Shown one piece after another: positions 12,176-23,957 of a stretch of 64,000 nt of DNA (positions are counted from its first letter, which is position 1; the number at the start of each line of letters is the position of its first letter). The notes beneath the pieces are model-generated. The model was given only the letters and a program-made list of their open reading frames with translations. It made no database searches and was not told the origin of the DNA. Source of the DNA: Squalus acanthias (Eukaryota); NCBI GenBank assembly GCA_030390025.1, contig CM059432.1:2542001-2606000 (forward strand). The letters run 5' to 3'. The position numbers and the translations under genes are program-made.

Positions 12176-12702
12176 AACACCACCCCCGCTTCCCCCGGCA
12201 CCCCACCATCCATGAAATCTCCTGGGAGAGGCATTCAAAAAAAAGAGAAAAAACCCAGGGCAAAAAATATACCTCGGGAAAATTCCTCCCCAACCCACTC
12301 AGCTGATCCAAAGCAGTCTGGGAGATCAGAGAGATGGTGTGCTATCTATAACGGATGGCTACTTGAATAGGCACCTGTGGACCATCAGTGGCCCCAGCAC
12401 GAGTCACCGCCTTCAGGAGGAGAACATTAGAAAAAATAAGAAATAATGTGTCGCACCTACCAGGCTGATTGGAAACATGGAAACTGGGGGGAAAAAAAAA
12501 GAGGATTGAGAACCTTTTACAGTCTATTTAGAAAATCCAGTGGGGAAATGAGAATAAAAATATATATTTTATTAAATCGCAGCGAGTTGTGATCTGGAAC
12601 ACGCTGCCTGAAAGGGCGGTGGTAGCAGATTCAATAGTAACTTTCAAAAGGGAATTGGAAAATTTTGCAGGACTACGGGGAAAGGGCAGGGGGCAGTGGG
12701 AC

Positions 12703-12916
12703 TAATACAAAAGCAAAAATACCGTGGCTGCTGGAAATCTGTAATAAAAACAGAAAATGCTGTAAACGCTCAGCGGGTCAGGCGGCCTCTGCGGAGAGAG
12801 AAACAGAATCAACGTTTCAGGTCGGTGGCCTTTGCGTTAACTCTGTTTCTCCCTCGCTCCACAGACGCTGCCTGACCCGCTGAGTGTTTCCAGCAATTTT
12901 CTGTTTTTATTTTTAA
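12703..12916. mobile_element. Fold-back Penelope-like fragment (family 1) inserted in a CR1 tail
   Basis: Inverted arms of the family-1 tail (CCACAGACGCTGCCTGACCCGCTGAG). Flanking direct repeat GGGCAGTGGGAC at 12691-702 and 12917-28. Confidence 0.7.
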
Positions 12917-13050
12917 GGGCAGTGGGACCAATTGGGGAGCTCTTGCAAAGAGTTGGGCACACAGGCACGATGGGCCGAACGGCCTGCTTTTAATGCTGTA
13001 CGATCCCACTTACCATCGAACACCAGCATCGGATTTGGGTTTTTAAACAT

Positions 13051-14299
13051 CTTGACTAATCTACTGGAATTTTTTGAGGATGTAACTGGTAGAATAGATA
13101 AGGGAGAACCAGTGGATGTGGTGTATTTGGACTTTCAGAAGGCTTTCAATAAGGTCCCGCATAAGAGATTAGCGTGTAAAGTTAAGGCACATGGGATTGG
13201 GGGTAAGGTACTGACTTGGATAGAGAACTGGTTGGCAGACAGAAAGCAAAGAGTTGGAATAAATGGGTCTTTTTCCGAGTGGCAGGCAGTGACTAGTGGG
13301 GGACCTCAGCTATTCACAATATATATTAATGATCTAGACGAGGGAATTGGATGTAATATCTCCAAGTTTGCAGACGACACAAAGCTGGGTGGGCGTGTGT
13401 GCTGTGAGGAGGATGCAGAGAAACTCCAGTATGATTTGGACAGGTTGGGTGATTGGGCAGAAGCATGGCAGATGCAATATAATGTGGATAAATGCGAGGT
13501 TATCCACTTTGGTGTCAAAAACAGGAAGGCAGATTATTATCTGAATGGCAATAGATTGGGAGAAGGGGAAGTGCAACGAGACCTGGGTGTCCTTGTGCAC
13601 CAGTCGCTGAAGGTAAGCATGCAGGTGCAGCAGGCGGTTAAGAAGGCAAATGGTATGTTGGCCTTCATAGCGAAAGGGTTCGAGTACAGGAACAAGGATG
13701 TCTTGCTGCAGTTGTACAGGGCCATGGTGAGACCACATCTTGAGTATTGTGTGCAGTTTTGGTCGCCTTATCTGAGGAAGGAGGTTCTTGCCATGCAGGG
13801 AGTGCAGCGAAGATTCACCAGGCTGATACCTGGGATGGCAGGAATGACGTATGAGGAGAGATTGGGTCGATTGGGCTTATACTCGCTGGAATTTAGAAGA
13901 ATGAGAGGGGATCTCATTGAAACTTATAAAATTCTAACAGGACTAGGACAGACTAGATGCAGGAAGGATGTTCCCGATGGCGGGGGAGTCCAGAACCAGG
14001 TGTCACAGTCTAAGGATAAGGGGTAAGCCATTTAGGACTGAGATGAGGAGGAATTTCTTCACCCAGAGAGTGGCGAACCTGTGGAATTCTCTACCACAGA
14101 AAGCAGTAGAGGCCAATTCATTAAATATATTCAAGAAGGAGTTAGATATATTTCTTAAGGCTAAAGGGATCAAGGGATATGGGGAGAAAGCAGGGACAGG
14201 GTACTGAATTTGGATGATCAGCCATGATCTCATCGAATGGCAGAGCAGGCTCGAGGGGCTGAATGGCCTGCTCCTATCTTCTATGCTTCTATGTTTCTA
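13051..14299 (+). mobile_element. Young CR1 (HER1-like) LINE, 5'-truncated
   Basis: RT motifs YLDFQKAF and FADD, an in-frame deletion of VPQGSVL, a frameshift near 13950, and the 3' tail CTATGCTTCTATGTTTCTA. Confidence 0.92.
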
Positions 14300-14381
14300 A
14301 AAAGAGTAATTCACAAACCAGCGTGAATCCTCGTCATGATCGTTAGGGCCTAACGAGCGCACGTCCTGACTGGTTGCTTAC

Positions 14382-14501
14382 CATAACCGTGCTGTTGTGC
14401 CGGGTACCCTTGCTGAGCCGTGTACTGCTGCTGCGGATAGCCTTGCTGCTGCGGCGGTCCTTGCTGATAGGCATCTTGCTGCTGGCCGTATTGCGAGTTA
14501 C
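14382..14501 (-). CDS. SS18: SS18 coding exon (human exon 9 equivalent), 120 nt
   Basis: cag|GT AAC TCG CAA TAC...GGT TAT G|gtaag. Encodes GNSQYGQQQDAYQQGPPQQQGYPQQQYTAQQGYPAQQHGY. Confidence 0.95.
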
Positions 14502-15252
14502 CTGCAAAAGACGCGCGTGGCCGCAACGTTATCTTTCAATTCGAAACGAGCTGCGGGTATTAAACGAAGCACAACAGATGAGGGGAAATGAAAATGCAAT
14601 TTTGGCACAGAGGAGAGAGAGAGAGAGAGAGAAAAACACATCTAAAAAAACCAAAAAATCAAACAAAACCGGATTCGGCCACACAAAACCTGCAGTCAAG
14701 CAATCTTTGCACGTTTTAAACGGCAGCATTTTCCAGCAACCCTGCAAAATTAAACCAAGCTGTACACTTACTGGAACGGGAAAAGTTAGAACGTAGCTAC
14801 GCTATAAAATAAAGAGACAATAAAAAAAAAGACAGCTACAAAGAGCACAGACTAGCTACACAAAAAAAAATGTCAGCAAGCCGTTTCCTTACAGGCACTT
14901 ACATACCAAAAATACTGACCCGAGGGACGTGTGTGTGCGTGTGCGTTAATCTTTTTAAAGTCTTTTCTACTTTGAGCGACGCATGTGTGTTTAAGTTTTT
15001 CCAAAGCAAATTTTAAAAAAAAAAATACGAGTTAGAAATGTTAAAACTACTTTTGTAAGCATTGGTGAGGAAATTAATTTTCGAGCTACGTTGTCACGGC
15101 AACAGCCAAACTATTGTTCTACATGAGCTTGTTGGTGGGGGTGGGGGTTGGGGTTGGGGGGGTGGGGAAAGTAGGGAGAAGGATAAGTTTAATTTGGGGG
15201 GGGGGTAAAACGTGTGTATGTGTGTGGGTGTGAAGGTATATATTATATATAC

Positions 15253-15345
15253 CTCCTTCGTAGCAATGTGGTGAGGAATCCTCGTAAGGCCTATCAAAGC
15301 CTTGCTCGGGGAACGATGGTTGCTGATAACTGTAGTCATTAGGCC
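15253..15345 (-). CDS. SS18: SS18 coding exon (human exon 8 equivalent, a cassette exon in mammals), 93 nt
   Basis: tag|GG CCT AAT GAC TAC...GAA GGA G|gtat. Encodes GPNDYSYQQPSFPEQGFDRPYEDSSPHCYEG. Confidence 0.93.
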
Positions 15346-15513
15346 CTACATCAAACAGGAAAGAAGTTAATGGCCTTTTCAGCTACAACCCTACAAGATT
15401 TCAAAAAAGTCACGTGAAAAATTCCACAATGTAAAACTTCAGCATTTATTTTTTTTTTTTTAAAAACGCAAGAAAATTCCTGGAAATACATGTTTTCACA
15501 AACATGTCAAAAG

Positions 15514-15663
15514 CAACGTTCCCCATCTCGCCACCCACAATCTCCTCTTTTTTTGGGTGCCGGCCCCTTTAAGAAGGGTCTGCGCGACCCATTCACAGTT
15601 TCACGACGCGCAAAAAAAAAACTTCCAAAACATTAAAAAAAAGCCGGCCCCGATAGAACGTTG
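15514..15663. mobile_element. hAT-type MITE (CAATGTTCCC family)
   Basis: TIR CAACGTTC / GAACGTTG, perfect TSD GTCAAAAG at 15506-13 and 15664-71. Confidence 0.8.
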
Positions 15664-16153
15664 GTCAAAAGTCCCCCAGTTGCCAGAGCAGGGCCGTCGG
15701 CTCCCCCGAGCCGCGGGAGTGGACTGAACAGAACGGCCGTCAACAACCTGCCTTTAATCCGCGGGACGCCTTGTGTTATTTACAATGTAGAAATCGCGCG
15801 GAGCACAAACGCCGGCATGGTTCGGTTGGGCCGAATGGCCTGTTTCGCTGCTGTACGTTCGACGCAAGTTCTGCTCGGATTACGCGAACCGTCCTTTTAA
15901 GATTTCACAGCTGGTCTTAAACTTTAAAAAGTTCTCTCCTCGGTTCTGTTGGATTGCTGCATATTGTGACGGAATTCGGTTGACGAAAACAAAAACAAAA
16001 AAATCATCGCTCGTTTTCTATCAACTACTCGCCACACAAAACTGCAGCAGGCAACAGAGCATGTACGAGAAAAGAAGTCCTTCACGTTTTCAAAAAGGTA
16101 TTGCTCGCTTGCTTAGAATTAAGACTGGGTACAATTACTTTTTACTAACTGCG

Positions 16154-16521
16154 TCAGATGTGACTCAGTGGGCAGCACCCTCGCCTCTGAGTCAGAAGGT
16201 TGTGGGTTCAAGTCCCACTCCAGAGACTTGAGCACAAGAAGCTAGGCTGACACTCCAGCACAGTGCTGAGGGAGCGCCGCACTGTCGGAGGGGCAGTGCT
16301 GAGGGAGCGCCGCACTGTCGGAGGGGCAGTGCTGAGGGAGCGCCGCACTGTCGGAGGGGCAGTGCTGAGGGAGCGCCGCACTGTCGGAGGGGCAGTGCTG
16401 AGGGAGCGCCGCACTGTCGGAGGGGCAGTGCTGAGGGAGCGCCGCACTGTCGGAGGGGCAGTGCTGAGGGAGCGCCGCACTGTCGGAGCGGCAGTGCTGA
16501 GGGAGCGCCGCACTGTCGGAT
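16154..16521 (+). mobile_element. 3'-truncated DeuSINE whose body is about 8 tandem 33-bp units
   Basis: tRNA head followed by (CAGTGCTGAGGGAGCGCCGCACTGTCGGAGGGG)n at 16261-16520. Confidence 0.85.
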
Positions 16522-16677
16522 GACCACAAATGATTCTTTGCTGACCTGCCTTGTTTTTCTGGTATTCGCCACCTAGAGTTCTGTACTGTGGATGTGTATG
16601 CTTCTTAAATTTGAAAGTAGGCGATCACTAAAATAAAGACCAACTGTACATATTTAGACAATAACCCTGCAGTCACC

Positions 16678-17082
16678 ACTTTAAACATTCACTCCCTCCA
16701 CCACCGGCGCACCATGGCTGCAGTGTGCACCATCTATAAGATGCACTGCAGCAACTCGCCAAGGCTTCTGCGGCAGCACCTCCCAAACCCACGACCTCTA
16801 TCGCCTAGAAGGAAAAGGGCAGCAGGCGCATGGGAACAGCAGCACCTCCAAGTTCCCCTCCAAGTCACACACCACCCTGACTTGGAAATATATCGGCCGA
16901 TCCTTCATCGTCGCTGAGTCAGAATCCTGGAACTCCCTCCCTAACAGCACTGTGGGAGTACCTTCACCACACAGACTGCAGCGGTTCAAGAAGGCGGCTC
17001 ACCACCACCTTCTCGAGTGCAATTAGGGACGGGCAATAAATGCTGGCCTTGCCGGCGACGCCCACATCCCAGGAATGAATAA
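16678..17082 (+). mobile_element. Family-B CR1-group LINE 3' end
   Basis: Encodes AAVCTIYKMHCSNSPRLLRQHLPNP and carries the family-B tail. Confidence 0.8.
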
Positions 17083-17427
17083 AAAATTTTAAAAGTATGG
17101 CATCATTAAGGAGCATTTCTTACCAACTCCATTACTTGCACACAGAAATGGAATAAAAACTGTCCCACTTACCCGGCAAGTGTGCAGAATCCCAGATTAG
17201 AGACCCACACTTACTTCACTCGTTCTACAGGAGTCAAAAGGCCAAAGCTGGCTCTCTGGAAACGAGTTTTCCTCTTTCTGATTACGTTTTGTTGCAATGC
17301 AATAATTAGCGAACAAATTAAGAGGGATGTGGTTGAATCATTCTTGAAAACTGCACCCAATAGCAACTTCAGTATCCAAGAGGCTTACTGACAAAAGATT
17401 GTGGCTTTTAACCATTATAATCACTGC

Positions 17428-20075
17428 ATAGAAACATAGAAGATAGGAGCAGGAGTAGGCCAATCGGCCCCTTGAGCCTGTTCCGCCATTTAATGAGATC
17501 ATGACTGATCATCCAAATTCAGTACCCTGTCCCTGCTTTCTCCCCATGTCCCTCGATCCCTTTAGCCTTAAGAAATATATCTAACTCCTTCTTGAATATA
17601 TTTAATGAATTGGCCTCAACTGGCTTCTGTGGCTGTCTGTGTGGAGTTTGCACATTCTCCCCGTGTCTGCGTGGGTTTCCTCCGGGTGCTCCGGTTTCCT
17701 CCCACAGTCCAAAAATGTGCGGGTTAGGTTGATTTGGCTATGATAAATTGACCCTTAGTGTTAGGGGGGGATTAAATATGTGGGGTTATGGGGATAGGAT
17801 GGGATATGTTAGGGGGAATTAAATACGTGGGGTTATGGGGGTAGGGTGGGATATGTGTACTGTGGGGATTAAAGCAGGGACAGGGTACTGGATTTGGATG
17901 ATCAGCCATGATCGTATTGAATGGTGGAGCAGGCTCGACGGGCCGAATGGCCTACTCCTGCTCCTAGATTCTATGTTTCTATGTGGCAGAGAATTCCACA
18001 GGTTCACCACTCTCTGGGTGAAGAAATTCCTCCTCATCTCAGTCCTAAATGGCTTACCCCTTATCCTCAGACTGTGACCCCTGGTTCTGGACTCCCCCAC
18101 CATCGGGAACATCCTTCCTGCATCTAGTCTGTCTAGTCCTGTTAGAATTTTATAAGTTTCAATGAGATCCCCTCTCATTCTTCTAAACTCAAGCGAATAT
18201 AAGCCTAATCGACCCAATCTCTCTTCATAAGTCATTCCTGCCATCCCAGGTATCAGTCTGGTAAATCTTCGCTGCAGTCCCTCCATCGCAAGAACATCCT
18301 TCCTCAGATAAGGCGACCAAAACTGCACACAATACTCAAGGTGTGGTCTCACCAAGGCCCTGTACAACTGCAGCAAGACATCCTTGCTCCTGTACTCCAA
18401 TCCTCTCGCTATGAAGGCCAGCATACCATTTGCCTTCTTAACCGCCTGCTGCACCTGCATGCTTACCTTCAGCGACTGGTGCACAAGGACACCCAGGTCT
18501 CGTTGCACTTCCCCTTTTCCCAATCTATTGCCATTCAGATAATAATCTGTCTTCCTGTTTTTGCCACCAAAGTGGATAACCTTGCATTTATCCACATTAT
18601 ACTGCATCGGCCATGCATCTGCCCAATCACCCAACCTGTCCAAATCATACTGGAGTTTCTCGGCATCCTCCTCACAGGACACACGCCCACCCAGCTTTGT
18701 GTCATCTGCAAACTTAGAGATATTATATCTAGTTCCCTCGTCTAGATCATTAATATATATAGTGAATAGCTGGGGTCCTAGCACCGATCCCTGCGGTACC
18801 CCACTAGTCACTGCCTGCCACTCGGAAAAAGACCCATTTATTCCAACTCTTTGCTTCCTGTCTGCCAACCAGTTCTCTATCCAAGTCAATACCTTACCCC
18901 CAATATCATGTGCTTTAACTTTACACGCTAATCTCTTATGCGGGACCTTATCGAAAGCCTTCTGAAAGTCCAAATACACCACATCCACTGGTTCTCCCTT
19001 ATCTATTCTACCAGTTACATCCTCAAAAAATTCCAGTAGATTTGTCAAGCACAATTTACCTTTTGTAAATCCATGTTGACTTTGTCTGATCCTGTCACTG
19101 TTTTCCAAGTGCTCTGCTGTTACATCTTTTATAATGGACTCTAGCATTTTCCCCACTACCGATGTCAGGCTTACCGGTCTATAATTCCCCGTTTTCTCTC
19201 TACCACCTTTTTTAAATAGTGGGGTTACATTAGCTACCCTCCAATCCATGGGAACTGTTCCAGAGTCTGCAGAATTTTGGAAGATGACCAGCAATGCATC
19301 TACTATTTCTAGGGCCACTTCCTTAAGTACCCTAGGATGTAGATCATCAGGCCCTGGGGATTTATCGGCCTTCAATCCCGTCAATTTCCCTAACACCATT
19401 TCCCTACAAATACTGATTTCATTCAATTCCTCACTCTCATTAGACCCTATGTTCCCCGACATCTCTGGGAGGTTATTTGTCTCCTCCTTTGTGAAGACAG
19501 AACCAAAGTATGTATTTAATTGGTCTGCCATTTCTTTGTTCCCCATTATAAATTCCCCTGATTCTGACTGCAAGGGACCTACGCTTGACTTCACCAATCC
19601 TTTTCTCTTCACATATCTATAGAAGCTTTTACAGTCAGTTTTTATGTTCCCTGCAAGCTTACTCTCATACTCTATTTTCCCCCTCTTAATTAATCCCTTT
19701 GTCCTCCTTTGCTGAATCCTAAACTGCTCCCAATCCTCAGGTTTGCTGCTTTTTCTGGCCAATTTACATGTCCTCTCCTTGGATCTTATGCTATCCCTAA
19801 TTTCCCTTGTTAGCCACGGTTGAGTCACCTTTTTTGTTTTATTTTTATGCCAAACAGGGATGAACAAATTCTGTAGTTCATCCATGCGATCTTTAAATGT
19901 TTGCCATTGCCTATCCACCGTCAACCCTTTAAGTAACGTTCCCCAATCCATCCTAGCTAACTCGAGCCTCATACCATCGTAGTTTCCTTTATTTAAATTC
20001 TGGACCCTAGTCTCTGAGTCAACTACTTCACTCTCCATCTTAATGAAGAATTCTATCATATTATGATCGCTCCTC
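17428..20075 (-). mobile_element. Young CR1 LINE with a long uninterrupted ORF2 segment (end of APE endonuclease through RT)
   Basis: ORF 17819-20146 contains [38 protein letters not shown] and FADD. The 3' end is split by a V-SINE. Confidence 0.95.
17634..17981 (+). mobile_element. V-SINE (HE1-like), 5'-truncated, with a CR1 tail
   Basis: V-domain GTGGAGTTTGCACATTCTCCCCGTGTCTGCGTGGGTTTCCTCCGGGTGCTCCGGTTTCCTCCCAC. TSD TGTGGC at 17628-33 and 17982-87. Confidence 0.85.
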
Positions 20076-20097
20076 CATATACCAATTTCAGTTGCTA

Positions 20098-20347
20098 GCT
20101 CCAATTCTGGCCTCCTGCGCGTCCCCGATTTCCATCGCTCCACCATTGGTGGCCGTGCCTTCAGCTGCCTGGGTCCTTAGCTCTGGAATTCCCTCCCTAA
20201 ACCTCTCTACATCCTTTAAGATGCTCCTTTAAACCTACCTCTTTGACCAAGCTTTTGGCCATCTGTCCCATTATCTCCTTATGCGGCTCGGTGTCAAGTT
20301 TTGTTGGGACATTAAGGCGCTATATAAATGCAAGTTGATGTTGTTGT
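20098..20347 (+). mobile_element. L2 LINE 3' fragment
   Basis: TIGGRAFSCLGP motif and L2 tail. Confidence 0.75.
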
Positions 20348-20626
20348 CGGGCTATGGGGAAACGGGCGGGGGAGTGGGACGAGCTGAAGTGCTCTTGCAG
20401 AGAGCCGACACGGGCTCGACGGGCCGAATGGCCTCCTTCCTGTGCTGTAACGATTGAGATATTATTTTGATTCAGAATGACAACAGCGACTACACTTCAA
20501 AAATTACTCAATCGGCTGTAAAGCACATTGGGATGGCCTGAGGTGGTGAAAAGCGCGATAGAAATACTTTCTTTCAGTCACTAACTCGACAACGAAAATT
20601 CACTTGTCTCTTCCCAACGCAAAAAG

Positions 20627-20853
20627 TGACGTAAAAAAACTACTAGGCACTTGGTCTAAGCGTTAAACAAAGCTTTAATCAACTGTTTTTCAACATGGAG
20701 ATCTAGTTGTGTCCTTCGCTAGTTCCGGTTAAGAATGTCCCGCGCAAGCTGGGCCCGTGCCCGAGTATTTATACTCTCCTGGACAGCGCCACCAGCAGGC
20801 CGCCCAGTATTATTTCATAAGTCATTTCCACATGAATGACAAGATTCATGTCA
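20627..20853 (-). mobile_element. Putative solo LTR, 227 bp
   Basis: TGAC...GTCA termini, 5-bp TSD AAAAG (20622-26, 20854-58), minus-strand TATAAATA and ATTAAA. Confidence 0.7.
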
Positions 20854-21199
20854 AAAAGCACTCGTCATTTCCGCCTTCCCTGGAAACAGGATTTAAAATC
20901 ATTGAAAAGAAATTTCAAGGTGGTTAATACGTCCCCTTCGCTGAAAGGAGAGATTTTGATCTGTTGTGGTCAAAAATCAGCCCTTCTCCCTTCCTCCAAC
21001 AGCAACGCTCCTGTTTAATGTAAACTTAATATTTAACGTTAAGCTTATTCAGAATGCGGATAGGGATGTGGAGATTGAATACTTATTCAAAATGTTTAAT
21101 GATCAGGAGGCTACTTAATTCAGTCGCCACAAGGTAAGCAGAATGGAAGTTAAGAGAAAGGTCACAGGTTAACGCGAGACCAATGGGAGACCTCCATTT

Positions 21200-21520
21200 T
21201 ACTTATGGCAGTGGGGGAATCTAGAACATAATTTCAGAATAAGGGGTCACCCATTTAAAACGGAGGAGGAGGAATTTCTTCTCTCAGAGGGTCGTGAATC
21301 TTTGGAATTCTCTTCCCCAGAGAGCTGTGGAGGCCGAGTCAGTGAATATATTTAAGGTGGAGATAGACAGATTTTTGAACGGTAAGGGAGTCAAGGGTTA
21401 TGGAGAGCGGGCAGGGAAGTGGAGTTGAGGCCAAGATCAGATCAGTCATGATCTTATTGAATGGCGGAGCAGGCTCGAGGATCCGAATGACCGACTCCTC
21501 CTTCTTATGTCTCATGTCTT
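21200..21520 (+). mobile_element. CR1 3' fragment
   Basis: RRNFFSQRVVNLWNSLP plus CR1 tail. Confidence 0.75.
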
Positions 21521-23957
21521 ACGGCATAAAGATTAAAGGTTGATGGGTCAGAGATTTAAATAAAGCCAGTTTAGGGAATATTTTAAACCATCGCTCTCAT
21601 TCATTACCGATAACATTTGCTTATTGCAGGGACCAATGATGTCCCGCTATTTCGGCCTTCCAGAGGGAATGATAGATTTCTGTTGGGCAAGAGTATCACG
21701 GGTTACGGATCCAAGGCGGGCAAGATGGATTTAAGCCAACGGATCAGCAGTGATCTCACTGAATGGCGCGACAGGCTCGCGGGGCTGAATGGCCTCCTCC
21801 TGTTCCTGTGTTCCGAAGTAGCCACCACCTTCTCGAGGGCAGTTAGGGATGGGCAATAAACGCTGGCCTTGCCAGTGACGCCCACATCCCAAGAACGAAT
21901 AAAATATATTAAAAAAAGACGTGCTGTAGGAACACAACCGAGCTGGGAGCGGCAGAGAGCTGCGTGGCTGTGCAGCTTAGAGGGAACGCTGGACATGACC
22001 TATTCCTTAGAGAGAGCGCGCCAGCATGGATTTTTAATCAGCTCAAGTTTCTTTAAGTGCTCAGTCACGCTGTCCTTAATTATAGATTCCAATAACTCCC
22101 CCCCCCCCCCCCACCCCCGACCCCCAACAGATGCTCGACGAACAGGTACCTGGAAGGCGTTTCAAAACTCTCTTCTCAACTGCACAGTTTAAAGACTGTC
22201 GGTAAAAATAAGTTTCAGAAAATTACATAATTGAAAGGAAGTAAAAAAAGGAAAGCCTCAGCAGCTGTTCTGACAAACGCTCTCCTTTCCCTGTGTGTTT
22301 TCTTTAAATTAGGGAGGGAGTGGGGAGGTTTTGAAAGAGCGAGTAAGAAATTTAAAAACTTATCGGCTGTTTGAGATTTCCCCCGAGCCGACTGCTTTAG
22401 CCAATGATTGCTGGATGGGACATGTAAAATGCTTTTATTTCAAGCCTTCAGGCAATTCTCATCTCCTATTTAGTCAGGAGTGATGTGAAGACTCATGAAA
22501 TCCAGCAAGATAATGTCATCCTGTCTTGATATTTTCGCTGGGAGTGTCTGACGCTCAGCAGCAGCAATGGGAACAGAAGCCCCGGACGGTTATTTTATTT
22601 AAAAGCTGTCATGCAATTTGGTTTGGAAGGCTTGTAATACGTACTATGACATCCCCCAGGAAAACAACAGGAGTAGGGCAACCACATTTAGCTAATAAAT
22701 ACCCGCACACATCAGAACCAATATTTCACAGGCACACACACTCTGCTACCTTTTACAGTTTCGACTAAAAGTCTGCCTACATTATTGATAGCAATCAGTC
22801 TGTAAAAACCTTCCCCATCACTAAATGAGAATCGCGAAACTTTTAATCATAAAGTTGAGAGAGTCTATAAGCAAGTTAAATTTAGATGTATTAAAAAGAT
22901 TCAAGGGAAGACACAGTGCGATAGGTCGGAGTATTAAAGAGACAGAAAGGCAGAAGAGTACACGTCAGAGAATCGCACAACGCAGAGGGAGGCCATTCGG
23001 CCCATCGTGCCTGCTCTTTGAAAGAGCTCTCCAATTAGTCCCACTCCCCCCTGCTCTTTCCCCACAGCCCTGCAAATGTTTTCCTTTTCAAGTATTTACC
23101 CAATTCCCCTTTTGAAAGTTACTATTGAATCTGCTTCCACCGCCCTTTCAGGCAGCGCAGTCCAGATCACAACAACTCGCCGCATAAAATGATTTTTCCT
23201 CATCTCCACCTCTGGCTTCTTTGGCCAATTATCCTAAATCTGTGTCCTCTGGTTACCGACCCTCCTGCCATTGGAAACAGTTTCTCCCGATGTACTCTTA
23301 ACAAAACTCTTGCAAGATTTTTTTTTTTTAAAAACACCTCTCCAGACAAGTCAAGCTGCTTATCCGACTATGAAATTCAAAAACTGTCAGCAGCAAATAT
23401 CCAGATTTCTCCACCGTGCCCACGTACACACACGTGCATCGAAAGATAACAAGTGAGTCAACCCACGCTGACAATTACCTTGCTTTATGTATTTTAAATC
23501 AACAAAATAAGATTGACACTGGGAAACACGTGGAAGAATTAGGGCATGATGCAAGGATTTTGTAAACAGGATTTAAGCCCACAGTCCACACTCCAACAAA
23601 CCGGGAGTGGGCGGGAGAGCAAATTGACGATTTGAAAAATACTATCCACACAATTACGTTTCATTAAATAATGCACACGATTAAACCAGACATGTGTTAT
23701 AGCCTTTTTACAGTATGCGGGGAAAGCAAATAGTGCCTTAATTATATTTTTAAAATATATGTCTGCCTGAATTGAATATATAATCCTAGAAGAGTGAAGA
23801 GACAATCTCAAAAATGTCATGACTCATAGCCAGCTATTTGGCAAACACATTTAGTTTTATTTTTCCTACATTACAACAGTGACGACACTTAGAAAATACC
23901 TTGATGGTTGTGAAGTGCTTTGGGAGGGCCTGAGGTCGCGAGAAACGCGATATAAAT

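Noticed and set aside
17819..20146. 775-aa ORF as a domesticated or autonomous RT gene
   Set aside because: The N-terminus is read from antisense L2 and the C-terminus from an antisense SINE tail, and most of the endonuclease and all of ORF1 are missing. It is a truncated young CR1.
22480..22551. Box C/D snoRNA (GTGATGT...CTGA)
   Set aside because: The C box is imperfect, there is no clear terminal stem, and it is antisense to the host transcript.
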